NCBI RefSeq assembly: GCF_963921235.1
Contig: NW_026948140.1
Span: 620,001 to 684,000 of the forward strand
Direction of reading: 5' to 3'
Source of the DNA: Mobula hypostoma
Lineage: Eukaryota
Length of the DNA: 64,000 bases
The notes beneath the pieces are model-generated. The model did no database searches. It saw nothing but the letters and a program-made list of their open reading frames with translations, and was not told the DNA's origin. Of this stretch, positions 34,801 to 49,800 are shown in pieces (position 1 is the stretch's first letter; the number at the start of each line of letters is the position of its first letter). A program made the translations under genes and the position numbers.

Positions 34801-37800
34801 TCAAGCCCTGAAACTGAAGCCCTGAATCTCCTGTCCTGAAACTCATGCCCTGAATCACATGCCCTGGAACTCCTGTCCTGAAACTCCTACCCTGAAACTG
34901 CTGCCCTGAATCTCAAACCAGGAAAACACAGCCCTGAATCTCATGCCCTGAAACTTTTGCCCTGAAATTCCTGCCCTGAAATTGCTGCCCTGAATCTCAA
35001 GCCCTGAAACTACAGCGCTGAATCTCATGCCCTGAAACTAAAGCCCTGAATCTCCCGCCCTGAAACTCATGCCCTGAATTACATGCCCTGAAACTCTGGC
35101 CCTGAAACTCCTACCCTGAAACTGCTGCCCTGAATCTCAAACCAGGAAACCACAGCCCTGAATCTCATGCCCTGAAACTACAGCCCTGAATCTCCTGCCA
35201 TGAAACTCATGCCCTGAATCTCATGCCCTGAAACTCCTGCCCTGAAACTCCTGCCCTGAAACTCATGCCCTGAATCTCATGCCCTGAAACTCCTGCCCTG
35301 AAACTCCTGCCCTGAAACTCATGCCCTGAATCTCATGCTCTGAAACTCCTGCCCTGAAACTCCTGCTCTGAAACTGCTGCCCTGAAGCTCAAGCCCTGAA
35401 TCTCATGCCCTGAATCTCATGACTTGAAACTAAAGCCCTGAATATCATGCCCTGAAACACCAGCCCAGCCCTGAAACTGCTGCCCTGAATCACATGCCCT
35501 GAAAATCCTGCCCTGATTCTCATGCCCTGAAATTCCTGCCCTGAAACTCATGCCCTGAATCACATGCCCTGAAACTCCTGCCCTGAATCTCCTGCCCTGA
35601 AACTCATGCCCTGAATCTCATGCCCTGAAATTCCTGCACTGAAATTCCTGCCCTGAAATTGCTGCGCTGAATCTCAAGCCCTGATACTACAGCCCTGAAT
35701 CTAATGCTTGAAACTAAAGCTCTGAATCTCCTGCTCTGAAACTCGTGCCCTGAATCACATGCCCTTAAACTTCTGCCCTGAAACTCCTGCCCTGAATCTC
35801 CTGCCCTGAAACTCATGCCCTGAATCTCATGCACTGAAATGTCTGCCCTGAAATTCCTGCCCTGAAACTGCTGCCCTGAATCTCAAGCCCTGAATCTCCT
35901 GCACTGAATCTCCTGCCCTGAATCTCATTCTCTGTATCTGATGCCCTAGAACTCCTGCCCTGAAACATTTGCACTTACACTCCTGCCCTGAATCTCAAGG
36001 CCTGAAACTACTGCCCTGAATCTCATGCCCTGAAACTCCTGCCCGGAATCTCCTGCCCTGAAACTCATGCCCTGAATCTCATGCCCTGAAACTCCTGCCT
36101 GAAACTCCTACCCTGAAACTGCTGCCCTGAATCTCAATCCAGGAAACCACTGCCCTGAATCTCATGCCCTGAAACTAAAGCCCTGAATCTCCTGTCCTGA
36201 AACTCATGCCCTGAATCACATGCCCTGGAACTCCTGTCCTGAAACTCCTACCCTGAAACTGCTGCCCTGAATCTCAAACCAGGAAAACACAGCCCTGAAT
36301 CTCATGCCCTGAAACTTTTGCCCTGAAATTCCTGCCCTGAAATTGCTGCCCTGAATCTCAAACCCTGAAACCACAGCGCTGAATCTCATGCCCTGAATCT
36401 CATGACCTGAAACTCATGCCCTGAATCTCATGCCCTGAATCTCCTGCCCTGAAACTCATGCCCTGAATCTCATGCCCTGAAACTCCTGCACTGAAACTCC
36501 TGCCCTGAAACTCATGCCCTGAATCTCAAGCCCTGATACTACAGCCCTGAATCTAATGCTTGAAACTACTGCCCTGAATCTCCTGCTCTGAAACTCATGC
36601 CCTGAATCACATGCCCTGAAACTCCTGCCATGAAACTCCTGCACTGAATCTCCTGCCCTGAAACTCATGCCCTGAATCTCATGCCCTGAAAGTTCTGCCC
36701 TGAAATTCCTGCCCTGAAACTGCTGCCCTGAATCTCAAGCCCTGAAACTAAAGCCCTAATCTCATGCCCAGAAACTAAAGCACAGAATCTCCTGCCCTGA
36801 AACTCATGCTCTGAATCTCTTCGCTGAAACTGATGCCCTGAATCTCATGCCCTGAAACTCCTGCCCTGAAACTCATGCCCTGATTCACATGCCCTGAATC
36901 TCCTGCCCTGAATCTCCTGCCCTGAAACTCATGCCCTGAATCTCATGCCCTAAAACTCCTGCCCTGAAACATTTGCACTTACACTCTTGCCCTGAATCTC
37001 ATGCCCTGAAACTCCTGCCCTGAATCTCCTTCCCTGAAACTCATGCCCTGAATCTCATGCACTGAAACTACAGCCCTGAATCTCATGCCCCGAAACTCCT
37101 GCCCCGAAACTCCTGCCCTGAAACTCCTGCCCTGAATCACATGCCCTGAATCACATGCCCTGAAACTCCGGCCCTGAAACACCTGCTCTGAAACTGCTGC
37201 CCTGAAGCTCAAGCCCTGAATCTCATGCCCTGAATCTCATGACCTGAAACTAAGGCCATGAATCTCATGCCCTGAAACTCCTGCCCTGAATCTCATGCCC
37301 TGAAACTGTTGCCCTGAATCTCCTGCCCTGAAACTCATGCCCTGAATCAGATGCCCTGAGACTCCTGCCCTGAATCTCCTGCCCTGAAAGTCATGCCCTG
37401 AATCTCATGCCCGGAAACTCCTGCCATGAAACTCATGCCCTGAATCTCATGCCCTGAAACTTTTGCCCTGAAATTCCTGCCCTGAAATTGCTGCCCTGAA
37501 TCTCAAGCCCTGAAACTACAGCGCTGAATCACATGCCCTGAAACTAAAGCCCTGAATCTCCCGCCCTGAAACTCATGCCCTGAATCTCCTGCCCTGAAAC
37601 TCATGCCCTGAATCTCATGCCCTAAAACTCCTGCCCTGAAACATTTGCACTTACTCTCTTGCCCTGAATCTCATGCCCTGAAACCCCTGCCCTGAATCTC
37701 CTTCCCTGAAACTCATGCCCTGAATCTCATGCACTGAAACTACAGCCCTGAATCTCATGCCCCGAAACTCCTGCCCCGAAACTCCTGCCCTGAAACTCCT

Positions 37801-40800
37801 GCCCTGAATCACATGCCCTGAATCACATGCCCTGAAACTCCGGCCCTGAAACTTCTACCCTGAAACTGCTGCCCTGAATCTCAAACCAGGAAACCACAGC
37901 CCTGAAACTAATGCCCTGAAACTCCTGCCCTGAATCTCCTGCCCTGAAACTCATTCCATTAATCTCATGCGCTGAAACTCCTGCTCTGAAACTCCTGCCC
38001 TGAAACTCATGCCCTGAATCTCATTCCCTGAAACTCCTGCCCTGAAACACCTGCTCTGAAACTGCTGCCCTGAAGCTCAAGCCCTGAATCTCATGCCCTG
38101 AATCTCATGACCTGAAACTAAGGCCATGAATATCATGCCCTGAAACTCCTGCCCTGAATCTCCTGCCCTGAAAGTCATGCCCTGAATCTCATGCCCTGAA
38201 ACTCATGCGCTGAATCTGATGCCCTGAAACTCCTGCCCTGAAACTGCTGCCCTGAATCTCAAGCCCCGAAACCACGTCCTGAATCTCATGCCCTGAAACT
38301 GCTGCCCTGAATCTCCTGCCCTGAAACTCATGCCCTGAATCTCCTTCCCTGAAACTCATGCCCTGAATCTGATGCCCTGAAACTCCTGCCCTGAAACTGC
38401 TGCCCTGAATCTCAAGCCCCGAAACCACAGCCCTGAATCTCACGCCCTGTAACTGCTGCCCTGAAACACCAGCCCTGAAACTCCTGCCCTAAAACGCCTG
38501 CCCTGAATCTCCTGCCCTGAATCTCATGCCCTGAATCTCAAGCCCTGAAACTACTGCCCTGAATTTCATGCCCTGAAACTAATGCCGTGAGTCTCTTGCC
38601 CTGAATCTCAAGCCCTGAAATTGCAGCGGTGAAACTCATTCCCTGAAACTAAAGCCCTGAATCTCTTGTGCAAAACTCCTGCACTGAAACTCCTGCCCTG
38701 AATCTCCTGCCCTCAAACTTCTGCCCTGAATCTCCTGCCCTGAAAGTCATGCCCTGAATCTCATGCCCTGAAACTCCTGCCCTGAAACTGCAGCCCTGAA
38801 TCTCAAGGCCGGAAACCACGGCCCTGAATCTCATGCCCTGAAACTCATGCCCTGAAACTCCTCCTCTGAAACTGCAGCCCTGAATCTCAAGCCCTGAATC
38901 TCAAGCCCTGAATTTCATGCCCTGAAACTCCTCTCCTGAATCTCCTTCCCTGAAACTCATGCCCTGAATCACATGCCCTGAGACTCCTGCCCTGAAACTC
39001 CTGCCCTGAATCTCTTGTGCAGAAACTCCTGCACTGAAACTCCTGCCCTGAATCTCCTGCCCTGAAGCTTCTGCCCTGAATCTCCTGCCCTGAAAGTCAT
39101 GCCCTGAGTCTCATGCCCTGAAACTCCTGCACTAAAACTACTGCCCTGAAAGTCATGCCCTGAATCTCATACCCTGAAACTTTTGCCCTGAAATTCCTGC
39201 CCTAAAATTGCTGCCCTGAATCCCAAGCCCTGAAACTACAGCGCTGAATCTCATGCCCTGAAACTAAAGCCCTGAATCTCCCGCCCTGAAACTCATGCCC
39301 TGAATTACATGCCCTGAAACTCCGGCCCTGAAACTCCTACCCTGAAACTGCTGCCCTGAATCTCAAACCAGGAAACCACAGCCCTGAATCTCATGCCCTG
39401 AAACTCATGCCCTGAATCTCATGCCCTGAAACTCCTGCCCTGAAACTCCTGCCCTGAAACTCATGCCCTGAATCTCATGCCCTGAAACTCCTGCCCTGAA
39501 ACTCCTGCCCTGAAACTCATGCCCTGAATCTCATGCTCTGAAACTCCTGCCCTGAAACTCCTGCTCTGAAACTGCTGCCCTGAAGCTCAAGCCCTGAATC
39601 TCATGCCCTGAATCTCATGACTTGAAACTAAAGCCCTGAATATCATGCCCTGAAACACCAGCCCTGAAACTGCTGCCCTGAATCACATGCCCTGAAAATC
39701 CTGCCCTGATTCTCATGCCCTGAAATTCCTGCCCTGAAACTCATGCCCTGAATCACATGCCCTGAAACTCCTGCCCTGAAACTCCTGCCCTGAATCTCTG
39801 TGAAAACTCCTGCACTGAAACTCCTGCCCTGAATCTCCTGCCCTGAACTGCCCTGAACTCCTGCCCTGAATTGCCCTGAAGCTCATGCCTGAAACTCTGC
39901 CCTGAACTCCTGCCTGAACTCCTAACTGCTGCCCTGAAGCTCAAGCCCTGAATCTCATGCCCTGAATCTCATGACTTGAAACTAAAGCCCTGAATATCAT
40001 GCCCTGAAACACCAGCCCTGAAACTGCTGCCCTGAATCACATGCCCTGAAAATCCTGCCCTGATTCTCATGCCCTGAAATTCCTGCCCTGAAACTCATGC
40101 CCTGAATCACATGCCCTGAAACTCCTGCCCTGAATCTCCTGCCCTGAATCTCCTGCCCTGAAACTCATGCCCTGAATCTCATGCCCTGAAATTCCTGCAC
40201 TGAAATTCCTGCCCTGAAATTGCTGCCCTGAATCTCAAGCCCTGATACTACAGCCCTGAATCTAATGCTTGAAACTAAAGCTCTGAATCTCCTGCTCTGA
40301 AACTCGTGCCCTGAATCACATGCCCTTAAACTTCTGCCCTGAAACTCCTGCCCTGAATCTCCTGCCCTGAAACTCATGCCCTGAATCTCATGCACTGAAA
40401 TGTCTGCCCTGAAATTCCTGCCCTGAAACTGCTGCCCTGAATCTCAAGCCCTGAATCTCCTGCACTGAATCTCCTGCCCTGAATCTCATTCTCTGTATCT
40501 GATGCCCTAGAACTACTGCCCTGAAACATTTGCACTTACACTCCTGCCCTGAATCTCAAGGCCTGAAACTACTGCCCTGAATCTCATGCCCTGAAACTCC
40601 TGCCCGGAATCTCCTGCCCTGAAACTCATGCCCTGAATCACATGCCCTGAAACTCCTGCCTGAAAATCCTACCCTGAAACTGCTGCCCTGAATCTCAATC
40701 CAGGAAACCACAGCCCTGAATCTCAAGCCCTGAAACTAAAGCCCTGAATCTCCCGTCCTGAAACTCATGCCCTGAATCACATGCCCTGGAACTCCTGTCC

Positions 40801-43800
40801 TGAAACTCCTACCCTGAAACTGCTGCCCTGAATCTCAAACCAGGAAAACACAGCCCTGAATCTCATGCCCTGAAACTTTTGCCCTGAAATTCCTGCCCTG
40901 AAATTGCTGCCCTGAATCTCAAACCCTGAAACCACAGCGCTGAATCTCATGCCCTGAATCTCATGACCTGAAACTCATGCCCTGAATCTCATGCCCTGAA
41001 TCTCCTGCCCTGAAACTCATGCCCTGAATCTCATGCCCTGAAACTCCTGCACTGAAACTCCTGCCCAGAAACTCATGCCCTGAATCTCAAGCCCTGATAC
41101 TACAGCCCTGAATCTAATGCTTGAAACTACTGCCCTGAATCTCCTGCTCTGAAACTCATGCCCTGAATCACATGCCCTGAAACTCCTGCCCTGAAACTCC
41201 TGCACTGAATCTCCTGCCCTGAAACTCATGCCCTGAATCTCATGCCCTGAAACACCAGCCCTGAAATTCCTGCCCTGAAACTGCTGCCCTGAATCTCCTG
41301 CCCTGAAACTCATGCCCTGAATCTCATGCCCTAAAACTCCTGCCCTGAAACATTTGCACTTACACTCTTGCCCTGAATCTCATGCCCTGAAACTCCTGCC
41401 CTGAATCTCCTTCCCTGAAACTCATGCCCTGAATCTCATGCACTGAAACTACAGCCCTGAATCTCATGCCCTGAAACTCCTGCCCTGAAACTCCTGCCCT
41501 GAAACTCCTGCCCTGAATCACATGCCCTGAATCACATGCCCTGAAACTCCGGCCCTGAAACACCTGCTCTGAAACTGCTGCCCTGAAGCTCAAGCCCTGA
41601 ATCTCATGCCCTGAATCTCATGACCTGAAACTAAGGCCATGAATCTCATGCCCTGAAACTCATGCCCTGAATCTCATGCCCTGAAACTCCTGCCCTGAAT
41701 CTCCTGCCCTGAAAGTCATGCCCTGAATCTCATGCCCTGAAACTCCTGCCATGAAACTCATGCCCTGAATCTCATGCCCTGAAACTTTTGCCCTGAAATT
41801 CCTGCCCTGAAATTGCTGCCCTGAATCTCAAGCCCTGAAACTACAGCGCTGAATCACATGCCCTGAAACTAAAGCCCTGAATCTCCCGCCCTGAAACTCA
41901 TGCCCTGAATCACATGCCCTGAAACTCCTACCCTGAAACTGCTGCCCTGAATCTCAAACCAGGAAACCACAGCCCTGAATCTCATGCCCTGAAACTACAG
42001 CCCTGAATCTCCTGCCCTGAAACTCATGCCCTGAATCTCATGCCCTGAAACTCCTGCTCTGAAACTCCTGCCCTGAAACTCATGCCCTGAATCTCATGCT
42101 CTGAAATTCCTGCCCTGAAACTGCTGCCCTGAATCTCAAGCCCTGAATCTCCTGCCCTGAAACTCATGCCCTGAATCTCATGCCCTAAAACTCCTGCCCT
42201 GAAACATTTGCACTTACTCTCTTGCCCTGAATCTCATGCCCTGAAACTCCTGCCCTGAATCTCCTTCCCTGAAACTCATGCCCTGAATCTCATGCACTGA
42301 AACTACAGCCCTGAATCTCATGCCCCGAAACTCCTGCCCCGAAACTCCTGCCCTGAAACTCCTGCCCTGAATCACATGCCCTGAATCACATGCCCTGAAA
42401 CTCCGGCCCTGAAACTTCTACCCTGAAACTGCTGCCCTGAATCTCAAACCAGGAAACCACAGCCCTGAAACTAATGCCCTGAAACTCCTGCCCTGAATCT
42501 CCTGCCCTGAAACTCATTCCATTAATCTCATGCGCTGAAACTCCTGCTCTGAAACTCCTGCCCTGAAACTCATGCCCTGAATCTCATTCCCTGAAACTCC
42601 TGCCCTGAAACACCTGCTCTGAAACTGCTGCCCTGAAGCTCAAGCCCTGAATCTCATGCCCTGAATCTCATGACCTGAAACTAAGGCCATGAATATCATG
42701 CCCTGAAACTCCTGCCCTGAATCTCCTGCCCTGAAAGTCATGCCCTGAATCTCATGCCCTGAAACTCATGCGCTGAATCTGATGCCCTGAAACTCCTGCC
42801 CTGAAACTGCTGCCCTGAATCTCAAGCCCCGAAACCACGTCCTGAATCTCATGCCCTGAAACTGCTGCCCTGAATCTCCTGCCCTGAAACTCATGCCCTG
42901 AATCTCCTTCCCTGAAACTCATGCCCTGAATCTGATGCCCTGAAACTCCTGCCCTGAAACTGCTGCCCTGAATCTCAAGCCCCGAAACCACAGCCCTGAA
43001 TCTCACGCCCTGTAACTGCTGCCCTGAAACACCAGCCCTGAAACTCCTGCCCTAAAACGCCTGCCCTGAATCTCCTGCCCTGAATCTCATGCCCTGAATC
43101 TCAAGCCCTGAAACTACTGCCCTGAATTTCATGCCCTGAAACTAATGCCGTGAGTCTCTTGCCCTGAATCTCAAGCCCTGAAATTGCAGCGGTGAAACTC
43201 ATTCCCTGAAACTAAAGCCCTGAATCTCTTGTGCAGAAACTCCTGCACTGAAACTCCTGCCCTGAATCTCCTGCCCTCAAACTTCTGCCCTGAATCTCCT
43301 GCCCTGAAAGTCATGCCCTGAGTCTCATGCCCTGAAACTCCTGCTCTGAAACTGCAGCCCTGAATCTCAAGGCCGGAAACCACGGCCCTGAATCTCATGC
43401 CCTGAAACTCATGCCCTGAAACTCCTCCTCTGAAACTGCTGCCCTGAATCTCAAGCCCTGAATTTCATGCCCTGAAACTCCTCTCCTGAATCTCCTTCCC
43501 TGAAACTCATGCCCTGAATCACATGCCCTGAGACCCCTGCCCTGAAACTCCTGCCCTGAATCTCTTGTGCAGAAACTCCTGCACTGAAACTCCTGCCCTG
43601 AATCTCCTGCCCTGAAGCTTCTGCCCTGAATCTCCTACCCTGAAAGTCATGCCCTGAGTCTCATGCCCTGAAACTCCTGCACTAAAACTACTGCCCTGAA
43701 AGTCATGCCCTGAATCTCATACCCTGAAACTTTTGCCCTGAAATTCCTGCCCTAAAATTGCTGCCCTGAATCCCAAGCCCTGAAACTACAGCGCTGAATC

Positions 43801-46800
43801 TCATGCCCTGAAACTAAAGCCCTGAATCTCCCGCCCTGAAACTCATGCCCTGAATTACATGCCCTGAAACTCCGGCCCTGAAACTCCTACCCTGAAACTG
43901 CTGCCCTGAATCTCAAACCAGGAAACCACAGCCCTGAATCTCATGCCCTGAAACTACAGCCCTGAATCTCCTGCCATGAAACTCATGCCCTGAATCTCAT
44001 GCCCTGAAACTCCTGCCCTGAATCTCCTGCCCTGAAACTCATGCCCTGAATCTCATGCCCTGAAACTCCTGCCCTGAAACTCCTGCCCTGAAACTCATGC
44101 CCTGAATCTCATGCTCTGAAACTCCTGCCCTGAAACTCCTGCTCTGAAACTGCTGCCCTGAAGCTCAAGCCCTGAATCTCATGCCCTGAATCTCATGACT
44201 TGAAACTAAAGCCCTGAATATCATGCCCTGAAACACCAGCCCTGAAACTGCTGCCCTGAATCACATGCCCTGAAAATCCTGCCCTGATTCTCATGCCCTG
44301 AAATTCCTGCCCTGAAACTCATGCCCTGAATCACATGCCCTGAAACTCCTGCCCTGAATCTCCTGCCCTGAAACTCATGCCCTGAATCTCATGCCCTGAA
44401 ATTCCTGCACTGAAATTCCTGCCCTGAAATTGCTGCCCTGAATCTCAAGCCCTGATACTACAGCCCTGAATCTAATGCTTGAAACTAAAGCTCTGAATCT
44501 CCTGCTCTGAAACTCATGCCCTGAATCACATGCCCTGAAACTTCTGCCCTGAAACTCCTGCCCTGAACCTCCTGCCCTGAAACTCATGCCCTGAATCTCA
44601 TGCCCTGAAATGTCTGCCCTGAAATTCCTGCCCTGAAACTGCTGCCCTGAATCTCAAGCCCTGAATCTCCTGCACTGAATCTCATGCCCTGAAACTCATG
44701 CCCTGAATCTCATGCCCTGAAACTCCTGCCCTGAAACTCCTGCCCTGAAACTCCTGCCCTGAATCTCAAGGCCTGAAACTACTGCCCTGAATCTCATGCC
44801 CTGAAACTCCTGCCCTGAATCTCCTGCCCTGAAACTCATGCCCTGAATCACATGCCCTGAAACTCCTGCCCTGAAACTCCTGCCCTGAAACTGCTGCCCT
44901 GAATCTCAATCCCTGAAACCACAGCCCTGAATCTCATGCCCTGAAACTAAAGCCCTGAATCTCCTGCCCTGAAACTCATGCCCTGAATCACATGCCCTGA
45001 AACTCCTGCCCTGAAACTCCTACCCTGAAACTGCTGCCCTGAATCTCAAACCAGGAAAACACAGCCCTGAATCTCATGCCCTGAAACTCCTGCCCTGAAA
45101 CTCCTGCCCTGAAACTGCTGCCCTGAATCTCAAGCCCTGAAACTACAGCCCTGAATCTCATGCCCTGAAACTAAAGCCCTGAATCTCCTGCCCTGAAACT
45201 CATGCCCTGAATCTCATGCCCTGAAACTCCTGCCCTGAAACTCCTGCCCTGAAACTGCTGCCCTGAATCTCAAACCTGAAACCACAGCCCTGAATCTCAT
45301 GCCCTGAAACTCCTGCCCTGAATCTCCTGCCCTGAAACTCATGCCCTGAATCTCATGCCCTGAAACTCCTGCCCTGAAACTCCTGCCCTGAAACTCATGC
45401 CCTGAATCTCATGCCCTGAAACTCCTGCCCTGAAACTCCTGCCCTGAAACTCATGCCCTGAATCTCATGCCCTGAAACTCCTGCCCTGAAACTCCTGCCC
45501 TGAAACTGCTGCCCTGAATCTCAAGCCCTGAATCTCATGCCCTGAATCTCATGACCTGAAACTAAAGCCCTGAATATCATGCCCTGAAACGATATTCCTG
45601 CCCTGAAACTGCTGCCCTGAATCACATGCCCTGAAACTTCTGCCCTGAAACTCATGCCCTGAAACTCCTGCCCTGAAACTCATGCCCTGAATCACATGCC
45701 CTGAAACTCCTGCCCTGAATCTCCTGCCCTGAAACTCATGCCCTGAATCTCATGCCCTGAAACTCCTGCCCTGAAACTCCTGCCCTGAAACTATCATGCC
45801 CTGAATCTCATGCCCTGAAACTACAGCCCTGAATCTCATGCCCTGAAACTAAAGCCCTGAATCTCCTGCCCTGAATCTCATGCCCTGAATCACATGCCCT
45901 GAAACTCCTGCCCTGAAACTCCTGCCCTGAATCTCCTGCCCTGAAGCTCATGCCCTGATTCTCATGCCCTGAAACTCATGCCCTGAAACTCCTGCCCTGA
46001 AACTGCTGCCCTGAATCTCAAGCCCTGAATCTCCTGCCCTGAATCTCCTGCCCTGAATCTCATGCCCTGAATCTGATGCCCTGAAACTCCTGCCCTGAAA
46101 CATTTGCACTGAAACTCCTGCCCTGAATCTCAAGGCCTGAAACTACTGCCCTGAATCTCATGCCCTGAAACTCCTGCCCTGAATCTCCTGCCCTGAAACT
46201 CATGCCCTGAATCTCATGCCCTGAAACTCCTGCCTGAAACTCCTACCCTGAAACTGCTGCCCTGAATCTCAATCCAGGAAACCACAGCCCTGAATCTCAT
46301 GCCCTGAAACTAAAGCCCTGAATCTCCTGCCCTGAAACTCATGCCCTGAATCACATGCCCTGGAACTCCTGCCCTGAAACTCCTGCCCTGAAACTGCTGC
46401 CCTGAATCTCAAACCAGGAAAACACAGCCCTGAATCTCATGCCCTGAAACTTTTGCCCTGAAATTCCTGCCCTGAAATTGCTGCCCTGAATCTCAAGCCC
46501 TGAAACTCCAGCCCTGAATCTCATGCCCTGAATCTCATGCCCTGAAACTCATGCCCTGAATCTCATGCCCTGAATCTCCTGCCCTGAAACTCATGCCCTG
46601 AATCTCATGCCCTGAAACTCCTGCACTGAAACTCCTGCCCTGAAACTCATGCCCTGAATCTCAAGCCCTGATACTACAGCCCTGAATCTAATGCCCTGAA
46701 ACTCCTGCCCTGAATCTCCTGCCCTGAAACTCATGCCCTGAATCTCATGCCCTGAAACTCCTGCCCTGAAACTCCTGCCCTGAATCTCCTGCCCTGAAAC

Positions 46801-49800
46801 TCATGCCCTGAATCTCATGCCCTGAAACTCCTGCCCTGAAACTCCTGCCCTGAAACTGCTGCCCTGAATCTCATGCCCTGAAACTAATGCCCAGAATCTC
46901 CTGCCCTGAAACTCATGCCCTGAATCTCATGCCCTGAAACTCCTGCCCTGAAACATCTGCCCTGAAACTCCTGCCCTGAATCTCAAGCCCTGAAACTACT
47001 GCCCTGAATCTCATGCCCTGAAACTCCTGCCCTGAATCTCCTGCCCTGAAACTCATGCCCTGAATCTCATGCCCTGAAACTCCTGCCCTGAAACTCCTGC
47101 CCTGAAACTGCTGCCCTGAATCTCAAGCCCTGAAACTCCTGCCCTGAATCTCATGCCCTGAAACTCCTGCCCTGAATCTCCTGCCCTGAAACTCATGCCC
47201 TGAATCACATGCCCTGAAACTCCTGCCCTGAAACTCCTGCCCTGAAACTGCTGCCCTGAATCTCAAACCAGGAAAACACAGCCCTGAATCTCATGCCCTG
47301 AAACTTTTGCCCTGAAATCTCCTGCCCTGAAACTGCTGCCCTGAATCTCAAGCCCTGAAACTCCTGCCCTGAATCTCATGCCCTGAATCTCATGCCCTGA
47401 AACTCATGCCCTGAATCTCATGCCCTGAATCTCCTGCCCTGAAACTCATGCCCTGAATCTCATGCCCTGAAACTCCTGCCCTGAAACTCCTGCCCTGAAA
47501 CTCATGCCCTGAATCTCCTGCCCTGAAACTACAGCCCTGAATCTCATGCCCTGAAACTACTGCCCTGAATCTCCTGCCCTGAAACTCATGCCCTGAATCT
47601 CATGCCCTGAAACTCCTGCCCTGAAACTCCTGCCCTGAATCTCCTGCCCTGAAACTCATGCCCTGAATCTCATGCCCTGAAACTCCTGCCCTGAAATTCC
47701 TGCCCTGAAACTGCTGCCCTGAATCTCAAGCCCTGAAACTCCAGCCCTGAATCTCATGCCCTGAAACTAAAGCCCTGAATCTCCTGCCCTGAAACTCATG
47801 CCCTGAATCTCATGCCCTGAAACTCATGCCCTGAAACTCCTGCCCTGAAACTCATGCCCTGAATCACATGCCCTGAAACTCCTGCCCTGAATCTCCTGCC
47901 CTGAAACTCATGCCCTGAATCTCATGCCCTGAAACTCCTGCCCTGAAACATTTGCACTTACTCTCTTGCCCTGAATCTCATGCCCTGAAACTCCTGCCCT
48001 GAATCTCCTTCCCTGAAACTCATGCCCTGAATCTCATGCCCTGAAACTACAGCCCTGAATCTCATGCCCTGAAACTCCTGCCCTGAAACTCCTGCCCTGA
48101 AACTCCTGCCCTGAATCACATGCCCTGAATCACATGCCCTGAAACTCCGGCCCTGAAACTCCTGCCCTGAAACTGCTGCCCTGAATCTCAAGCCCTGAAA
48201 CTCATGCCCTGAATCTCATGCCCTGAAACTAAGCCCCTGAATCTCATGCCCTGAAACTCCTGCCCTGAATCTCATGCCCTGAAACTCCTGCCCTGAATCT
48301 CCTGCCCTGAAACTCATGCCCTGAATCTCATGCCCTGAAACTCCTGCCCTGAATCTCCTGCCCTGAAACTCATGCCCTGAATCTCATGCCCTGAAACTCC
48401 TGCCCTGAAACTCATGCCCTGAATCTCATGCCCTGAAACTCATGCCCTGAAATTCCTGCCCTGAAACTGCTGCCCTGAATCTCAAGCCCTGAAACTACTG
48501 CCCTGAATCTCATGCCCTGAAACTCATGCCCTGAATCTCATGCCCTGAAACTCCTGCCCTGAATCTCCTGCCCTGAAACTCATGCCCTGAATCTCATGCC
48601 CTAAAACTCCTGCCCTGAAACATTTGCACTTACTCTCTTGCCCTGAATCTCATGCCCTGAAACTCCTGCCCTGAATCTCCTTCCCTGAAACTCATGCCCT
48701 GAATCTCATGCCCTGAAACTACAGCCCTGAATCTCATGCCCCGAAACTCCTGCCCCGAAACTCCTGCCCTGAAACTCCTGCCCTGAATCTCATGCCCTGA
48801 ATCACATGCCCTGAAACTCCTGCCCTGAAACTCCTACCCTGAAACTGCTGCCCTGAATCTCAAACCAGGAAACCACAGCCCTGAATCTCATGCCCTGAAA
48901 CTACAGCCCTGAATCTCCTGCCCTGAAACTCATGCCCTGAATCTCATGCCCTGAAACTCCTGCCCTGAAACTCCTGCCCTGAAACTCATGCCCTGAATCT
49001 CATGCCCTGAAACTCCTGCCCTGAAACACCTGCTCTGAAACTGCTGCCCTGAAGCTCAAGCCCTGAATCTCATGCCCTGAAACTCCTGCCCTGAAACTCC
49101 TGCCCTGAAACTCATGCCCTGAATCTCATGCCCTGAAACTCATGCCCTGAATCTCATGCCCTGAAACTCATGCCCTGAAACTCCTGCCCTGAATCTCCTG
49201 CCTTGAAAGTCATGCCCTGAATCTCATGCCCTGAAACTGCTGCCCTGAATCTCCTGCCCTGAAACTCATGCCCTGAATCTCCTTCCCTGAAACTCATGCC
49301 CTGAATCTGATGCCCTGAAACTCCTGCCCTGAAACTGCTGCCCTGAATCTCAAGCCCCGAAACCACAGCCCTGAATCTCACGCCCTGTAACTGCTGCCCT
49401 GAAACACCAGCCCTGAAACTCCTGCCCTGAAACTCCTGCCCTGAATCTCCTGCCCTGAATCTCATGCCCTGAATCTCAAGCCCTGAAACTACTGCCCTGA
49501 ATTTCATGCCCTGAAACTAATGCCCTGAATCTCTTGCCCTGAATCTCAAGCCCTGAAATTGCAGCCCTGAATCTCATGCCCTGAAACTCATGCCCTGAAA
49601 CTCCTCCTCTGAAACTCCTGCACTGAAACACCTGCCCTGAATCTCCTGCCCTGAAACTTCTGCCCTGAATCTCCTGCCCTGAAAGTCATGCCCTGAAACT
49701 CCTGCTCTGAAACTGCAGCCCTGAATCTCAAGGCCGGAAACCACGGCCCTGAATCTCATGCCCTGAAACTCCTCCTCTGAAACTCCTGCACTGAAACACC

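Noticed and set aside
39790..39930. Patch of shortened satellite monomers
   Set aside because: Clustered single-base losses look like low-quality consensus, not a biological sub-repeat.
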